From positions 1-58,745 of the forward strand of contig JAHLWZ010000264.1 of NCBI GenBank assembly GCA_020536535.1: 58,745 nt of DNA. The letters run 5' to 3'. How positions within the stretch are numbered: position 1 is the first letter of the stretch; each line of letters opens with the position of its first letter. The notes under the pieces are model-generated. The model was not told the DNA's origin. It made no database searches and saw only the letters and a program-made list of their open reading frames with translations. A program made the position numbers and the translations under genes. Shown piece by piece: positions 46,996-58,745 of this stretch. The stretch is from Pelomyxa schiedti (Eukaryota; Protista; Evosea).

Positions 46996-48810
46996 TTAAG
47001 TAACTACAAAGTTGTTCAAACTTCGTGGGAAAAAAAACCCTGTAGAAAATGAGGAAGGAGCAGGGAGAAAAAAACGAAGTTTGAGGAGGTGGTGGTTGTG
47101 GTTGTTGTGGTTGTTGTGGTTGTGGCTTGGGTGGATGGTGGTGTGGGTTGTGGGTTGTGGGTTGTTGAACTTGTGGTGGTGTGTTTGTGAGAGTCCCCCA
47201 CTTACGCATCCTTGGGCGCCTTCCCCTTCCTCAGTGCTTTCTTGTGCGCCGCATCGAGCATGGCGGCGGCCATATTGAAGTCTATGTAGGCCTGGATTTT
47301 CTGCAGTAAAAAAAAAGAATGGAAGGAGGGAGGAGGGAGGATATCAAAAAAATCGAAAAAGAAAAGAAACATTTAAACAAACAACAGAGAGAGAATACTA
47401 CTAGATGGGAGATGCTCACATTTCTTGCCCACATTTCCATCAGTATAAATGTAAACCCCATCCTATTTTTGTCCGGACACGTTTGTTTATAGCCGTCAAC
47501 GAACTCCGCCATGTTATTGTGAACCTGTTACAGTACGGGTGTCAGTGCAGAGTAAGTGGGAGGATTGTTCAGCAGGATACCCATTCTTTAAGTGCAGCGA
47601 TCCTCTTCCGGCTCGGAGAAACACAGTCGTAGGGCACGGTGGTGAACTGGTCATTCCCCATTTCGGTTATAGCGGCGCACGTCTTGTAGCATACTTTGAA
47701 GGCACGCCAAAACTTCTCCTCGTTCCTGTCAGAATGACTGAGTTAGGGAAACAAGACAGATGATGGAGGTGTAATATGCACTTTGAGAGACGGCGCATGG
47801 CCAGGGATTCGTACGGCTTCAGGTCTTGATCCAGGAAAGGAACCCAGTGGCCCTTGCCTTTTCCAATGTCGTGCAGTTGCAAGAAGTCCCACGGATTCGG
47901 GGATGCAAGTTCGTGCCGAATCCTGTGTGTGCATTTTGTGGGTTGATTTGATTAACAAATTAATTGAACGCAATGTGTGCTGATTAACAAGAATTGTTAT
48001 TACTCCGCCTTTGAATGCGTAAAGAAAGAAAGATATGAACAAACACAAGTAGATAAATGAAAAGACAGAAAAAGAAAAGAAACAAAAGGAAGTTGTGCCA
48101 TACCCAATGAGTGTCAAGATCACTCTTTGCTGATGCGGTAACCTACCCCCTTTGGACGACCTGAGATGCCTACTTCGGAAGTACACATCAAGTGCAGCGC
48201 CGTCATAGGAGAAGATATTTTCACGAAATGTCTCCCACTGCTCCACATTAAGTCCCAGTGCGCGCAAGTGTGCAGCAGTGACACTGCAGCACATTGTAAC
48301 TACTTCCCCTTTTTCTACAGCCTCGCGTGCCTCCTTCATATTTTCAGGCTTCGACAGGGCCGTGCGGGCCAGTTCCATTTCCGCTTTACTATGGAATCCA
48401 ATAAGTACCATGCGCCTATTGTAGTTTCGTGTTTAGTTTTGTTTGGAGGAGAAGGGGAAGCAGGCGGAGGGGAGGCGGCAGACAACAACATACCCGCAAA
48501 GGGGTGACTTGTCCAAGACTAGGAATTTTTCTATTGTTAGCGGAGTATTCCCGGCTACGCACTTATTCATCAACACTGTGAAAATTCCAGGAAGGCCGAC
48601 TTCCCACAATGCGTCGGGGAGCGCCACTGCCAGGGTGACGCTCGGGTCCCAGAACTGCTGCGGTGATCTGTGCGCGGCCACCAACGCGTTTACGTCCCTC
48701 TCCTTCTCCACCCACCTCCAGTCGATGCACAACTTCGCCATGTCTGCTTGCTTGCTCCGCCGCAATGCCTCGGGGTCGAGCTTCGGCTGCGACTTCTTTG
48801 CTGCCGACAT
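46996..48810 (-). CDS. Hypothetical multi-exon protein (3' end approximate)
   Basis: MSAAKKSQPKLDPEALRR...LVLDK | MVLIGFHSKAEMELAR...LIGY | ... | DRNEEKFWRAFKVCYK... | KIQAYIDFNMAAAMLDAAHKK, with GT-AG introns. No domain recognised. Confidence 0.6.
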
Positions 48811-48921
48811 CGACGATGGAACTACTTGTTTGATCAAGTAATAACAATAACAGATTGCAGATAGATTGCCTGCTGGTATTGGATCGAGATCGAAAAAGGA
48901 GAAAGAAAAAAAACAAAGAAG

Positions 48922-49950
48922 ATGTCGGAGGTGGTGCAGGAGCAACAAGAGATGGTATTGATGACGGTCCGGGACAGAGACGAGCTGGTGGCGTTGCGCT
49001 CTTTTCAGTGCACGAGGATGTTGAGGGAGTTTAAGCCAACGAACGGTCAGCACGTGCCGGGGCACAGGGAGAAGTACTTGCCCGGCTCGGTGCCCCTCGA
49101 CGCAGTAAACGTATGCCTGGACAACAACTTCCACACGTGCTCGTGGGTGTGCGAGCACTGGAAATGCTGCGCTCTAGGGTTCGACCTGAGCGGCGGGCCA
49201 CCCACCGCGCCCCCGAGCCTGCCTCTGCTCGCTCTACCCAGCCTGCCTCTGCTCGCTCTACCCCCTCCTGGCGGAGGTGGAGACCAAGAGGCCCCACGAC
49301 AACCCCCGGCGCGCAGGCGCAGGATCGACGAGCGCCGGTACCTTGGTGCAAGCCGCGGCGGCGGCGGAGGTGGTGTTGGTGGGGAGTGGAAAGTACCAAA
49401 GATTGGCAGCACCTCGGCCGCCGCGACGCCGGCGACGACCAGTGCCACCACGACCACGACAACGGCGAGCATGCCCAGCGCAGCAACGCCAGCAGCAGAG
49501 CCTACTATGTCCGAGAACGATGAAGTTGTGGTGAGGGCACTCTACAGAAGGAATGAGGTATGTGTCTGACATTCCCGCACCCCCCTTCTCCTACAGCTGC
49601 CGCAGTCAGGGTCTCTTGGAAGGGATAATCTATCTGGTGAGGTAAGAAAACTGATTTCCGCCATGAATTTCTCCGTAAGGGACAACGGTGCGCACTTTTC
49701 GAAATCAATAATCCCGTGAACTTATTGCGTTATTGTAGGGAGCGACCAACCATACACTAAACTTGCTTGGGAGACGGGTGGCCGTATCTACGTAGAGATA
49801 GTGGCAAGAGTTCGTGAAGGGACTGTGCGCACGACACACGGCAGCGTAAGGCTTTCCGTCGTAATAGGGGACCAAGGAGAAGAACATCTCGTGGCTCTGA
49901 TCTCAGCAGCGCGCAAATCTCAATTTTCCCCAGTTCATTCTGTCAAGGTG
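48922..49950 (+). CDS. Hypothetical protein with a Cys/His-rich N-terminus and low-complexity middle; 3' exons uncertain
   Basis: ORF 48922-49557 is GC-rich and ends at a gtatgt donor. Contains a 21-bp tandem repeat (PSLPLLAL x2). Divergent from the ATG at 48810. Confidence 0.5.
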
Positions 49951-51259
49951 TGAGATAGCCCAAATAAAAGAGACTAAGCAATAAATAATATGACTTTTGT
50001 CTAACATCACGTTCTATTCCACAGATACTTTCTTCCGTGCATGAGCCAATTAGGTTGGACTTAGATAAGTATGATGTGGGAGATAATGTTACTACTACTC
50101 TTCAAGTGCGAAAAGATGCGAAGTTATTTTGGCTGGAGGCTGTGATGACACCATGAAAAGCCCCAAGCCAACCCCCACCCCCACCAAATCCTTCCCAAAT
50201 CCACAAAAAACAAACAAAAACCATCAATAAAGAAGCCCATCATTCCCAACAAAAATCATTGTCAAAACTTTAAAAAAATCCTTAACTTTAAAAAAAAAGG
50301 TCTTTTTCTCAGTTTCTTTGTTTTAAGTTGCTTTGTTTCTGGCGACGAGGAGAATGAATAAAAACAAACACTGAATTGAACGGAATTCCTTGTGGTGAGT
50401 CTGAGTCGGTCGTGCATGTGACAGTATTATAATGACTTTCCCGCGAAGACCCTTTTTTGTATGAATACTTGTTTCATTGAGTTGATGTGGAAGTGCCCAT
50501 TGTATCAACACAAGGGTGAGAGTATTTTCCCTGGCAAATTCGGGGCCAAGTGCCGTACCTTCTTCTTCCATAACGAATCCTAATACCCAGAATATTCACA
50601 AAAATCGTCGGTGCCGATTAGATGGCAGCTTGACACCTGATCATCAAATATGTTGTTGGTGAGGCAGTGATGATAAGAGAACAAAAAAAAAAAAAAAGCA
50701 CACCGAATTCCTTGATTGATTGATGTGTACATGCATTTTTCACTCGAGCATGCACTCAATGCACCACCGGTTTTTGCCGCAAAACATACAACACCGATTG
50801 TACTGTTAAACACCCATTGTTGCTGAACAATGGTCCAACTTATGGGTGTTTCCCTTGCCAGCGGCCATGACGAGACCCGGCTCGTTGGTGTTGGTACACG
50901 ATCCTTGACACGAACTTCGCTTCCACTTTCGCGCAAAAATAGTGGTGCTGCTGTCGTCGGTCGTCTTCGCGTGTGATCGTTGCTCCGGAATTGAAACGGT
51001 TCGAATCTGGACCGAATGTTCCTCCCAGGAGAGGCTGTTCCCAACCCCACAATTACTAGTGGGGAAGTTCTTCTGAGGTCTCGCCCGTTTCCAGGGAGGA
51101 TTTTCCTTCCTTGTCGAACGAACGAACCAATCAAAAAAAAAAAAAGAAAAAACCAATAAGACACGAGACACGAGAGCTACCGGCTCCGAAAAGCCGACGG
51201 ATGGTACAGCAACTCCGCGAGTAGCGAGCGACAAGGGATCCGGAGGACGCGCGAGGCGG

Positions 51260-52082
51260 CGGCGGGGGTGACAAGGACCGGGGGATCGCCCACCGAGAGA
51301 GGCACCGGGACAGGGACAAGCACCCCCATGCCCACGAAAAGACCGACCAAGGCGAAGGTGAAGGTGAGGGAGAGGGGGCGGGACAAAGACCAAGCAATCG
51401 AGGGGGAGAAGAAAGATGCCACATGCTCCTCGAAAGAACTGCAAAGAATTCAGGTACAACCAATTAATTCTTCAGTGAGAGTTATTTCTCACCTCACCTC
51501 ATCTCAGGTTTCACACGATCTCAGATCCCAGCTTCAAGAAGGACAGCAGGTCATCCTCACCCTTGCTGATGCCCCTATTTTGGGATGATGTTGGCAATCA
51601 AGATCGACCCAAAGGGGATCTGTTGGAAAATGTGTCACTCGCGGAGGAAGAAAGAAGAGTGCGTGCAATTGAGGAGTCCAAGCCACACAAGCCAGCATAC
51701 GAGGAGCTCACGGGTGCCACAAGTATGATGAACGGCCAGCAGCTCCTGTCTACACAATTGGACAGCTGACCCAAAAGCAGACTGCATTAGGAGCATCGTC
51801 GGGCGGATCATGCATCACTGCCTATTGTGTCTCTTGACTCCAGCTCCAAAATAGCTTCTGATTACTACACCAGTGAAGAAATTGCCAGGTTCCGAAAACC
51901 GAAGAAAACTTCCAGCAATGGCTGCAAGAAGAAAGAAAATCAAAGTCAAAGAAGAGCCGCCTTCTCCCACAACAGAAAAGACTCCTCCACCACCACCATC
52001 CAAATCGTCATTAACTAAAGCTGAAAGAGATGCGGAGATTGCTGCCGCTGTTGCCGGTGTTCACAGCAGCAGTATATTTCTG
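51260..52082 (+). pseudogene. SART1: Truncated, frameshifted SART1/Snu66 (U4/U6.U5 tri-snRNP protein) copy, cut by module B
   Basis: SSKELQRIQ|VSHDLRSQLQEGQQVILTLADAPIL(+1)DDV...LLENVSLAEEERR...YEE and SLDSSSKIASDYYTSEEIARFRKPKK match SART1 blocks. There is a frameshift at ~51583, in-frame stops, no HIND motif and no C-terminal domain. Confidence 0.8.
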
Positions 52083-53353
52083 TGGGGAGCACCAGTATAT
52101 TTCTTATTTCTTCTTTTTCCCAGTTTCACCTTGTACACTAGGTGCTGAACTTGCTGGCTCTGCTGTGATGGCACCTAAGGTAAACACGTTTGTAGTATCA
52201 CCCCACTCAGGCATAATAGGTACCCCGATCCAGAGAGGGTGACTGATATTCACCTTCAACACAGGTACTTTTTCATTGGCTCAACTTTGTGTTGGCCAAG
52301 TCTTGCATACACCACACCCTTTCTGCATTTCCGGCACTTTGTGGCACTGGTATGCAGTGCTTCTTTTTTCTTTCTACAACCTCACATACTTTAATTAGGT
52401 GCAGAATTTCCTGCTTAGAGCTGATGCTCTCTCCAAGGTACATTCTCTCCCTTTATAATCACTCCACTCAGCAAATAATAGTGGTACCACTGCTGGAATG
52501 AACACAACACCAGGCCCTACTTCCACCCACCTGCTAACTCCCACGGCTCAGCTCCATACTCACCCTCTTACTCTTGCTCTCAGCACCGCCAGCAACCAAG
52601 ATCTACGCCGCGATGGAGAGTGCGGTGCTGACGAAGGTGATGCCGCGACGATGAACAACGAGACGACGAACAACGACGGCAGGAGCAGCACCATGAGCGG
52701 CAACAGCGCGTTCAAAGTAGAAGAAAAACCCATGGCTTATCTTTTTCTTTTCTCTTTCCACTGGCTAACTCTTCTTTAGACTTTGATGTTTACACCATGC
52801 CATTTTAATTATATATGTGTTTCTATATATTTGCCATGGCTTTGGCCACAAGCAACACAAAGTGTGATGACACTCCCCACTTGCCTCACTTCCTAACCAA
52901 AAAAAAAAAAGACCAGGTTGTTTTGTGAGCCAGAACCAGAACAGGGAAGGAAGAGGGAAGGCCTGTGGTGGGGGCTACCGAAACCGCCAGAGATCCGCCA
53001 AAAAAACGAAAATTTTGGATATGGAAGGGGACGCTTTCGTGTGCGTACTACTAGTGGTTCACTGTTCCTTCCACTGGCCATTTCCCCTCTCTTCCTCTTC
53101 ACTTTTTGGAAACTCCCAATCCTGGCATTTTGGGAGAAGACAACAAGGTGATTTATCACCAACTCATGATTTTCTTTATGTTTGTCTCACACACTACATA
53201 GTTCTGTTTCAATTAGGAGAAACTTGCATTTCCAGTACGTTAAAACTTGCATTCAGTGCGTCAGGAACTACGTTGGTAATCCCCTTTATGTATACATCTT
53301 TTGTTGGTAAGCAACTTTGTAGAGTGAGACACCATCTCCATACTTTACTGTGA
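52083..53353. repeat. Dispersed repeat module B, copy 2
   Basis: Near-identical to 9410-10687, same orientation. Confidence 0.92.
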
Positions 53354-56300
53354 TCTCTTTCACAAGCATGGACCATAACCTGAATGGTTGATGAAAGTGG
53401 TATGCGGGAATATTTGTCTTGAACATAGGCGTTCTCCCAGATGGTGCAACCGCAGATTCTGTATTGTTCAAAGGCCGCGAAGCTGTATCTTCCTGGTTCT
53501 GTTCATTAGGTCCCTTATCTTCCACTACTGGGATATCCTCATGTCCTCCCAGAGTTTCGCTATGTGCGTCAATGATCGCACCTTGATGTTGGAGTCTTTT
53601 GTCAAAAGAGGACACCTGGTGTCTTGTCATGAGAAAAGCAACGCATCAGATGGCAATATGGTATTTTTTTTTTTTTTTAAACTCCCCCATCCCACAGTCT
53701 CTAAGATTTCATTGTTGTTGTGGAGTGGATGCTCCCAAGCTTGATATTTCAGACGAGTTCAAAAGGGTTATAGAATGCTTAAAAGGTATTCCATGTGTGT
53801 CACTGATTTGTAACAAAATTGTTGATTGGTGTAATAAGCATTTAGGAATGTAGCACCTATGTGGTCACTTGGGAAAGTTCTTAAAACACTGGAAGTTATG
53901 TGAGTCTGCATTTTGTTGTTTTGGGATAGGCCTTATGTAGACACTGAAAATGAAAATCTTTTCAATGCAGAAAGAGAAGATTTAATAAGGGTACTCAATC
54001 CTCACCTACCAATGCTGCTTTGAGATCTACCCACCCAATAGTGTTTGGAACCCATAGATGCACATTCTCCACATAGCAAACATTCTGGCATGGCTGCAAT
54101 TCTCTGGAATCTGTCAAGCATATCCTAAATATGGTGTGGCATGCCACCACAATGCCACAATCCATGGAACTCTGGCTAAATTCCCTGAAGTTACAAACAC
54201 CCCTAAACTAAACTCTGCTAAAACGGCTGCCAGGAATTTCCTTGCTTGGTGAACATATGCAAATACTGGCTTCCTTGCCTTGGTTCCTTGCTGGCGTTTT
54301 CGCATTTCCCATGCTTCCAGGTGTCTCCTGTGTGTGCAATGCCATTCTTGCTTTTGTGCCTATGCTGTGTGCAGACTTGGCCTCAGAATTGCCAGAAATT
54401 CCTCAGGTTGTCCATGTTGCACTGCCTCCAATTTGGGGAAGGTAACACCTTTTCTTCAGAGATGCCAAACTAACTTTGTGCAGAGAGATTCTGGTCTAAC
54501 AGATAAGTCCTAGCCATAATAGCTGTTACATTACAATATGTCCGGGAGCTTCCATGAAGGCACACCTCACTACCATGTTACTGAGGGCACCCTTCCCTAA
54601 GGTAAACATGGTGACTTGTAATTTCAAATTGACTAACAAATCATTTAGGGTTTGTAAACCAATTTTATGACAATTCTGGGAGTGGAAATGGATGGCTACC
54701 TAGCTTTGTAGCTGATCAGTGCACACAGATAGAGTGCCACCAAAACATTATGTATGTATTCCTCACTTCAAAATAATGTTTACCATGACTATTTCGAAAA
54801 TCTCTCTATCATAGAGTGAAATTCAATAATTCCAATAGAATTAATGCTTAATAAATGCCAAGACAAGTTAATAAAACAATAAATACAACCAAAATGAATA
54901 AATAGAGTTGTACTAATGGTACATAGCTTTGGATGATGTCTGAGCTTTGAATTTGCATATCTAGCATTCCCGCGTTTGTAAGAACACTTGCCATATGTTG
55001 TATGCATTATTCCCATCATTTCCGCGCTAATCCTGTTGCAGTGTGCGCGCTGCCAGTGCCGGAAATGTCTGCTTCAGTGATTATTTAGGCTTCTGGCTAT
55101 TCTAATATCACCTGCTGTGTATTGTATGATGAATATATAAATCTCCGCACCTTATCATTGGGGAAAGATAAAATCGGAAGCTGTGTATGAGTGAGATTCA
55201 CCATTTGTAAGTTTACAAAGCGTTTATTCATTTTGTAAAGCACGTGGATCATTGGCAACTCCATGTATGGAACCTAATGGAGGCATCAGAAGCGGAACTG
55301 CAGTGCAGTACTCCAATTGGAGTGAGCCAAAATCTGGGAATGAGCATCTTATTTCATAAAAATCTGGGCAACACCAAAAACAAGGAACGAACGACGAAGG
55401 GCGCGTCGAGCGACAACAACGTTGACATCACAAGCACCAAACCAACAAATATGCCGTCAGTGTATTTTACGATCCGTAAGCTCTGGAGCGGCGGAGCTGG
55501 CCCGGGATCTCCCTCGGCGTGTTGTTTTTGTTTAACACCGGTGTGCTTCTTCTCTGAAAAACCGAGCCACAAAAAGTCCCACCGCCGCCCGACTACGGCC
55601 TCCCTTGTCCTAGAAGTGGACCTCGCGGGGATATTGACACAATCACAATACACGTGTACCACCTGTGGCTCCTGTTTATGTGATGCATGATCTCGTCAAC
55701 GCACCTGCTCTCGAAGCACCGTCAGCGGTTCATGAACAGGCCGACAGTGTGGTTGAGGTTGAGGAGAAGGATGTACTGTCATGGAGGATGTGGTACCATC
55801 ACCACCACTCACCCCGCTCTGTTCAGAGAGCAGTTGAGAACAGTTTGTTTCACCAGTCAACCTTATCTTTCAGATCCAGTTTCCTCCTGTATTATGTGTT
55901 GCCAGTGACGCTACGATGTATATGTTTCTAACGTGCGTAGTTCTCTTTACTTATCCAGCTGCAGACACTCAAAAATCTTTTCACCCTGGACTTGCCTCTA
56001 TACACGGGCTTTTCTCATGAGCAACAGGAAAAAAATTGATGTCGAGCCTTCTGATACAAGGCTTCGAGTCAATGAAGGGATTATGTGAGATGTATGTCAA
56101 TATTTAAAACATAATTCAAGTATTTGCCAATATTCTGGGGCTTGGTAAGACCATACTCAAAGGAGTCCCGGGGTGGCACTCAATAACATCTTTAGGGAAT
56201 TTGGGAACCCCAACGGAGTTAGTTAGAGTGGCTGTTCCGTCTCCATCTTCAAGTACTTCCCAATAAACTCTTCGTGCTCTTTGAATAGTATTCTGTCCAA

Positions 56301-58106
56301 GAACACAATTCAATTGCCGAGATGTCTACAATGATGACTAAACTGAAGGTACCAACAAAGCACACTGGGAGTGGGGATCTCATATTCCACAGACGGGCCG
56401 ACTTAAATGCTTGCATGAAACCCCAACAAGTGATCACAGTTCATTCATTACAATATTTGGGGGAACATCTCATGCTTGTCAATACCAAGGGAGGTGAAGG
56501 ACTAACTTATGTTGCCAAGTGGGAAATCCTTGCGTGCAAAGCTGCTAATAGCTGCAGCGACTGCCACATTGGACCAAAGAAATCCATATGGTACCAGTTG
56601 TCCTTGTTGAAATACAATTGCACGTAATACTGTATATTTATTGTTCAAATTCAATTGTGCCTCAGTGACATTTGGCACCCACAGGAGGCCAGGGTGGGCA
56701 GCTATCAGTGTTTCCGCGTTGCCGTCGTTGTTTCCGTCTGTGTCAAATAAATCTGCAAGGTCTGCTACCCTGACTCACTTGTGCACTTCACTCGGAGCTG
56801 GAAACTACTGGCCACACAAGGGCGTGGAAGATCTGCAAAATATTCCATCCCATAAGTGTGTCCGGCAAAAAAAACCAGAGTTCTTTACGGAACTGTGTCT
56901 CTCCAGTCTTTGGGAACTCCCCCCAATAAAGGCTTCAATGTACATTGCATTGAAATGATATAAGACCACTGCTTTGGCATTCTCTCAGTGTCTCAATGAC
57001 TCTTGGCCTTTCTTGGGCTTCAAACTGCCATAAAATGCCACACACCTTTTTGCAAAAAGGAAAATCATATGTAACCTCTACACACACAAAGAGCATAAAA
57101 TAAACACACACAGGCATGGTTCTGAGCACATCTTTGAACAAACCAGGCAATGGTGTCACACGAGAATTTCGCAGGAGGAACGGACGGCGGCGGTACACGT
57201 GGGGGTGCATGCCGGAGCTGTGGCGGGACGGCCAGGAATTTTAAGGCGCCAGGGTGTGGCTCTCAACAACAACAACAACTAGTGCAGGAGGCACTCTATG
57301 TGACGAACTAGCACTCCCAACTTGGCGTCAGATGTTATTGGGAGAGCATGTGTTTGCCCACTTACAAGTAATGGTTAGAGGAATTACCGACTTGGAAATT
57401 CATCATCAACTTCCAGGGAATGTCTCTCTTCTACATTTACACAAGGGGGAAAACAATCAAAAGAAATAGACACACCGGTGTGATGTGGGCAACCACCACC
57501 GTGCCTTGTCAACAACAACGACAACAACAACAACGCACAGTGGAGTGACAGCGACCCATACCCCGAACACACCTGTCACTTGGCAGGTTACTTGGCAGCG
57601 ACCAGGCACCTTGAGTTTTCGAAAAAAACAGGACTGGGTGGTGTCGACGCGTCCTCCCTCTAGCAGGCAGAACGAGCTCCTCCCGGAAATTCACCACTGG
57701 GTGCTGCCAGCGATGTCACTGAACTTCGACAGCAGAAATGACTGTCTGGCACCAAATCGACGCCGTCCTTTGAGAAACACCCATTGTGGCACTGTTGCCA
57801 ACGTTGGTGTCTTGCCACTCAGCCTGGTGGTATGACATTGGCCGTTCTTATTGTGGCACAGCATAATAAACAACACAGCGGGTCTTTTTTTTTTTTCCCT
57901 TCAGCTAGGGTAGTGCTGCATTTAAGCTCCTGCCAACCCAGTCAGGCTTTTTCCCAAGAATCAGGCTTTTCAATTTTTAAAATGATTACCCTTTTTTCCC
58001 TCTCTTGGTGGGAGTTTGTGTTTTTTTGGACTTTGAGGTGTGATCAGTTGAGGTGCGTCGCCGCTTTTCCAAGGGTGGTTGTGTGTGGGCTGCTGGCTTT
58101 TCTTGT
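53354..58106. other. Decayed, largely CpG-poor region with short ORFs and intron-like signals; probably pseudogene or TE debris
   Basis: No ORF above ~155 aa and no recognisable domain. Visibly few CG and many TG/CA dinucleotides in 53700-55000 and 56000-57100. Confidence 0.4.
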
Positions 58107-58206
58107 NNNNNNNNNNNNNNNNNNNNNNNNNNNNNNNNNNNNNNNNNNNNNNNNNNNNNNNNNNNNNNNNNNNNNNNNNNNNNNNNNNNNNNNNNNNNNN
58201 NNNNNN
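58107..58206. other. Assembly gap (100 N)
   Basis: Run of N. Confidence 1.
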
Positions 58207-58745
58207 CACGTGGAGTCGTCGCCAGGCCAACAGGTATTGCATGTCACGTAGTTCTGTTCTCGAATTCAGTAACTTGTCATATTCCCATAATAATCGGGAA
58301 CAGAACAGACGCCACTACCACCACGACCACCACCACGACACCAACATGGGTACCTGTCTTATGGGGAGACGTTGCTTCACGACGAAGGTGCAGATGCCCC
58401 GGTCCAGTGCGTCGACGACGCGTGGGTCCATGAACTCCCGAAGCTCGGATGGGGGTGCACGCCCGCACTCGCTGCTCGGCGTTATTATGGGTTGCGTGGT
58501 AGTACTCGCTTCTGGCGAGGGGACGCTGTGTGGTTGGCCCACCGGTGGGCCAGTGTCGTCGCCCATCACTGATTGATCTGATTGCAGATTCAAATACTCA
58601 CCGAGCTGTCGGCGACCTGGGTGCCCCAACCGTTACAACCAGCGCTGTTCTCTCGTTAAAGAGAGGATCAAGCTTTCCTGCTCTGAGCCAGAGTCTCATC
58701 ACCAAGGCTTGACTTCCGAGAATCGGCTTCCGCAGTTGTGGTTTT
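58207..58745 (+). repeat. Near-identical copy of 24624-25149 (5' region of the coiled-coil/villin gene)
   Basis: Differs by a 12-bp expansion, four substitutions and a +1 C (gtgccccaac vs gtgcccaac). Starts exactly at the gap. Confidence 0.92.

Noticed and set aside
50323-51164. Minus-strand ORFs upstream of the SART1 fragment
   Set aside because: No recognisable motif and no consistent splice model. Left unannotated.
1-58745. rRNA, spliceosomal snRNA, telomeric arrays, or prokaryotic/endosymbiont insertions
   Set aside because: No diagnostic sequence seen. All credible genes are intron-containing or eukaryote-like.

Overview
Intron-dense, compact eukaryotic DNA, not prokaryotic. Introns are short and mostly GT-AG, and there are three 100-N scaffold gaps (1670-1769, 11301-11400, 58107-58206). 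Gene content suggests a free-living amoebozoan, Pelomyxa/Mastigamoeba-like (inference only). I spliced the gene models by hand. Housekeeping genes: BOP1/ERB1, an RBM26/27-like gene and a broken SART1 copy. Lineage-specific genes: a TRIM-like ligase (RING, two B-boxes, coiled coil, two IPT/TIG domains, SPRY-like); a GPI-anchored LRR protein with about 14 one-repeat exons; three tandem ankyrin-like paralogs; an atypical Ras-like GTPase; two tandem 4-TM proteins; two inverted F-box genes carrying a GFVSNSSS-type N-terminal domain on either side of a 9-kb coiled-coil/villin gene; and a BRCT-WGR protein with no PARP catalytic domain. Repeats: a decayed Ty3/Gypsy RT-RNaseH, two ~1-1.3 kb dispersed modules whose copies differ largely by CpG transitions (a methylation signature), and a near-identical copy of the villin 5' region next to the last gap. 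No rRNA, tRNA or CRISPR array is supported. The most interesting items are the TRIM-like architecture, the GFVSNSSS/F-box fusion, the CpG-decay signature and the catalytic-less BRCT-WGR protein.
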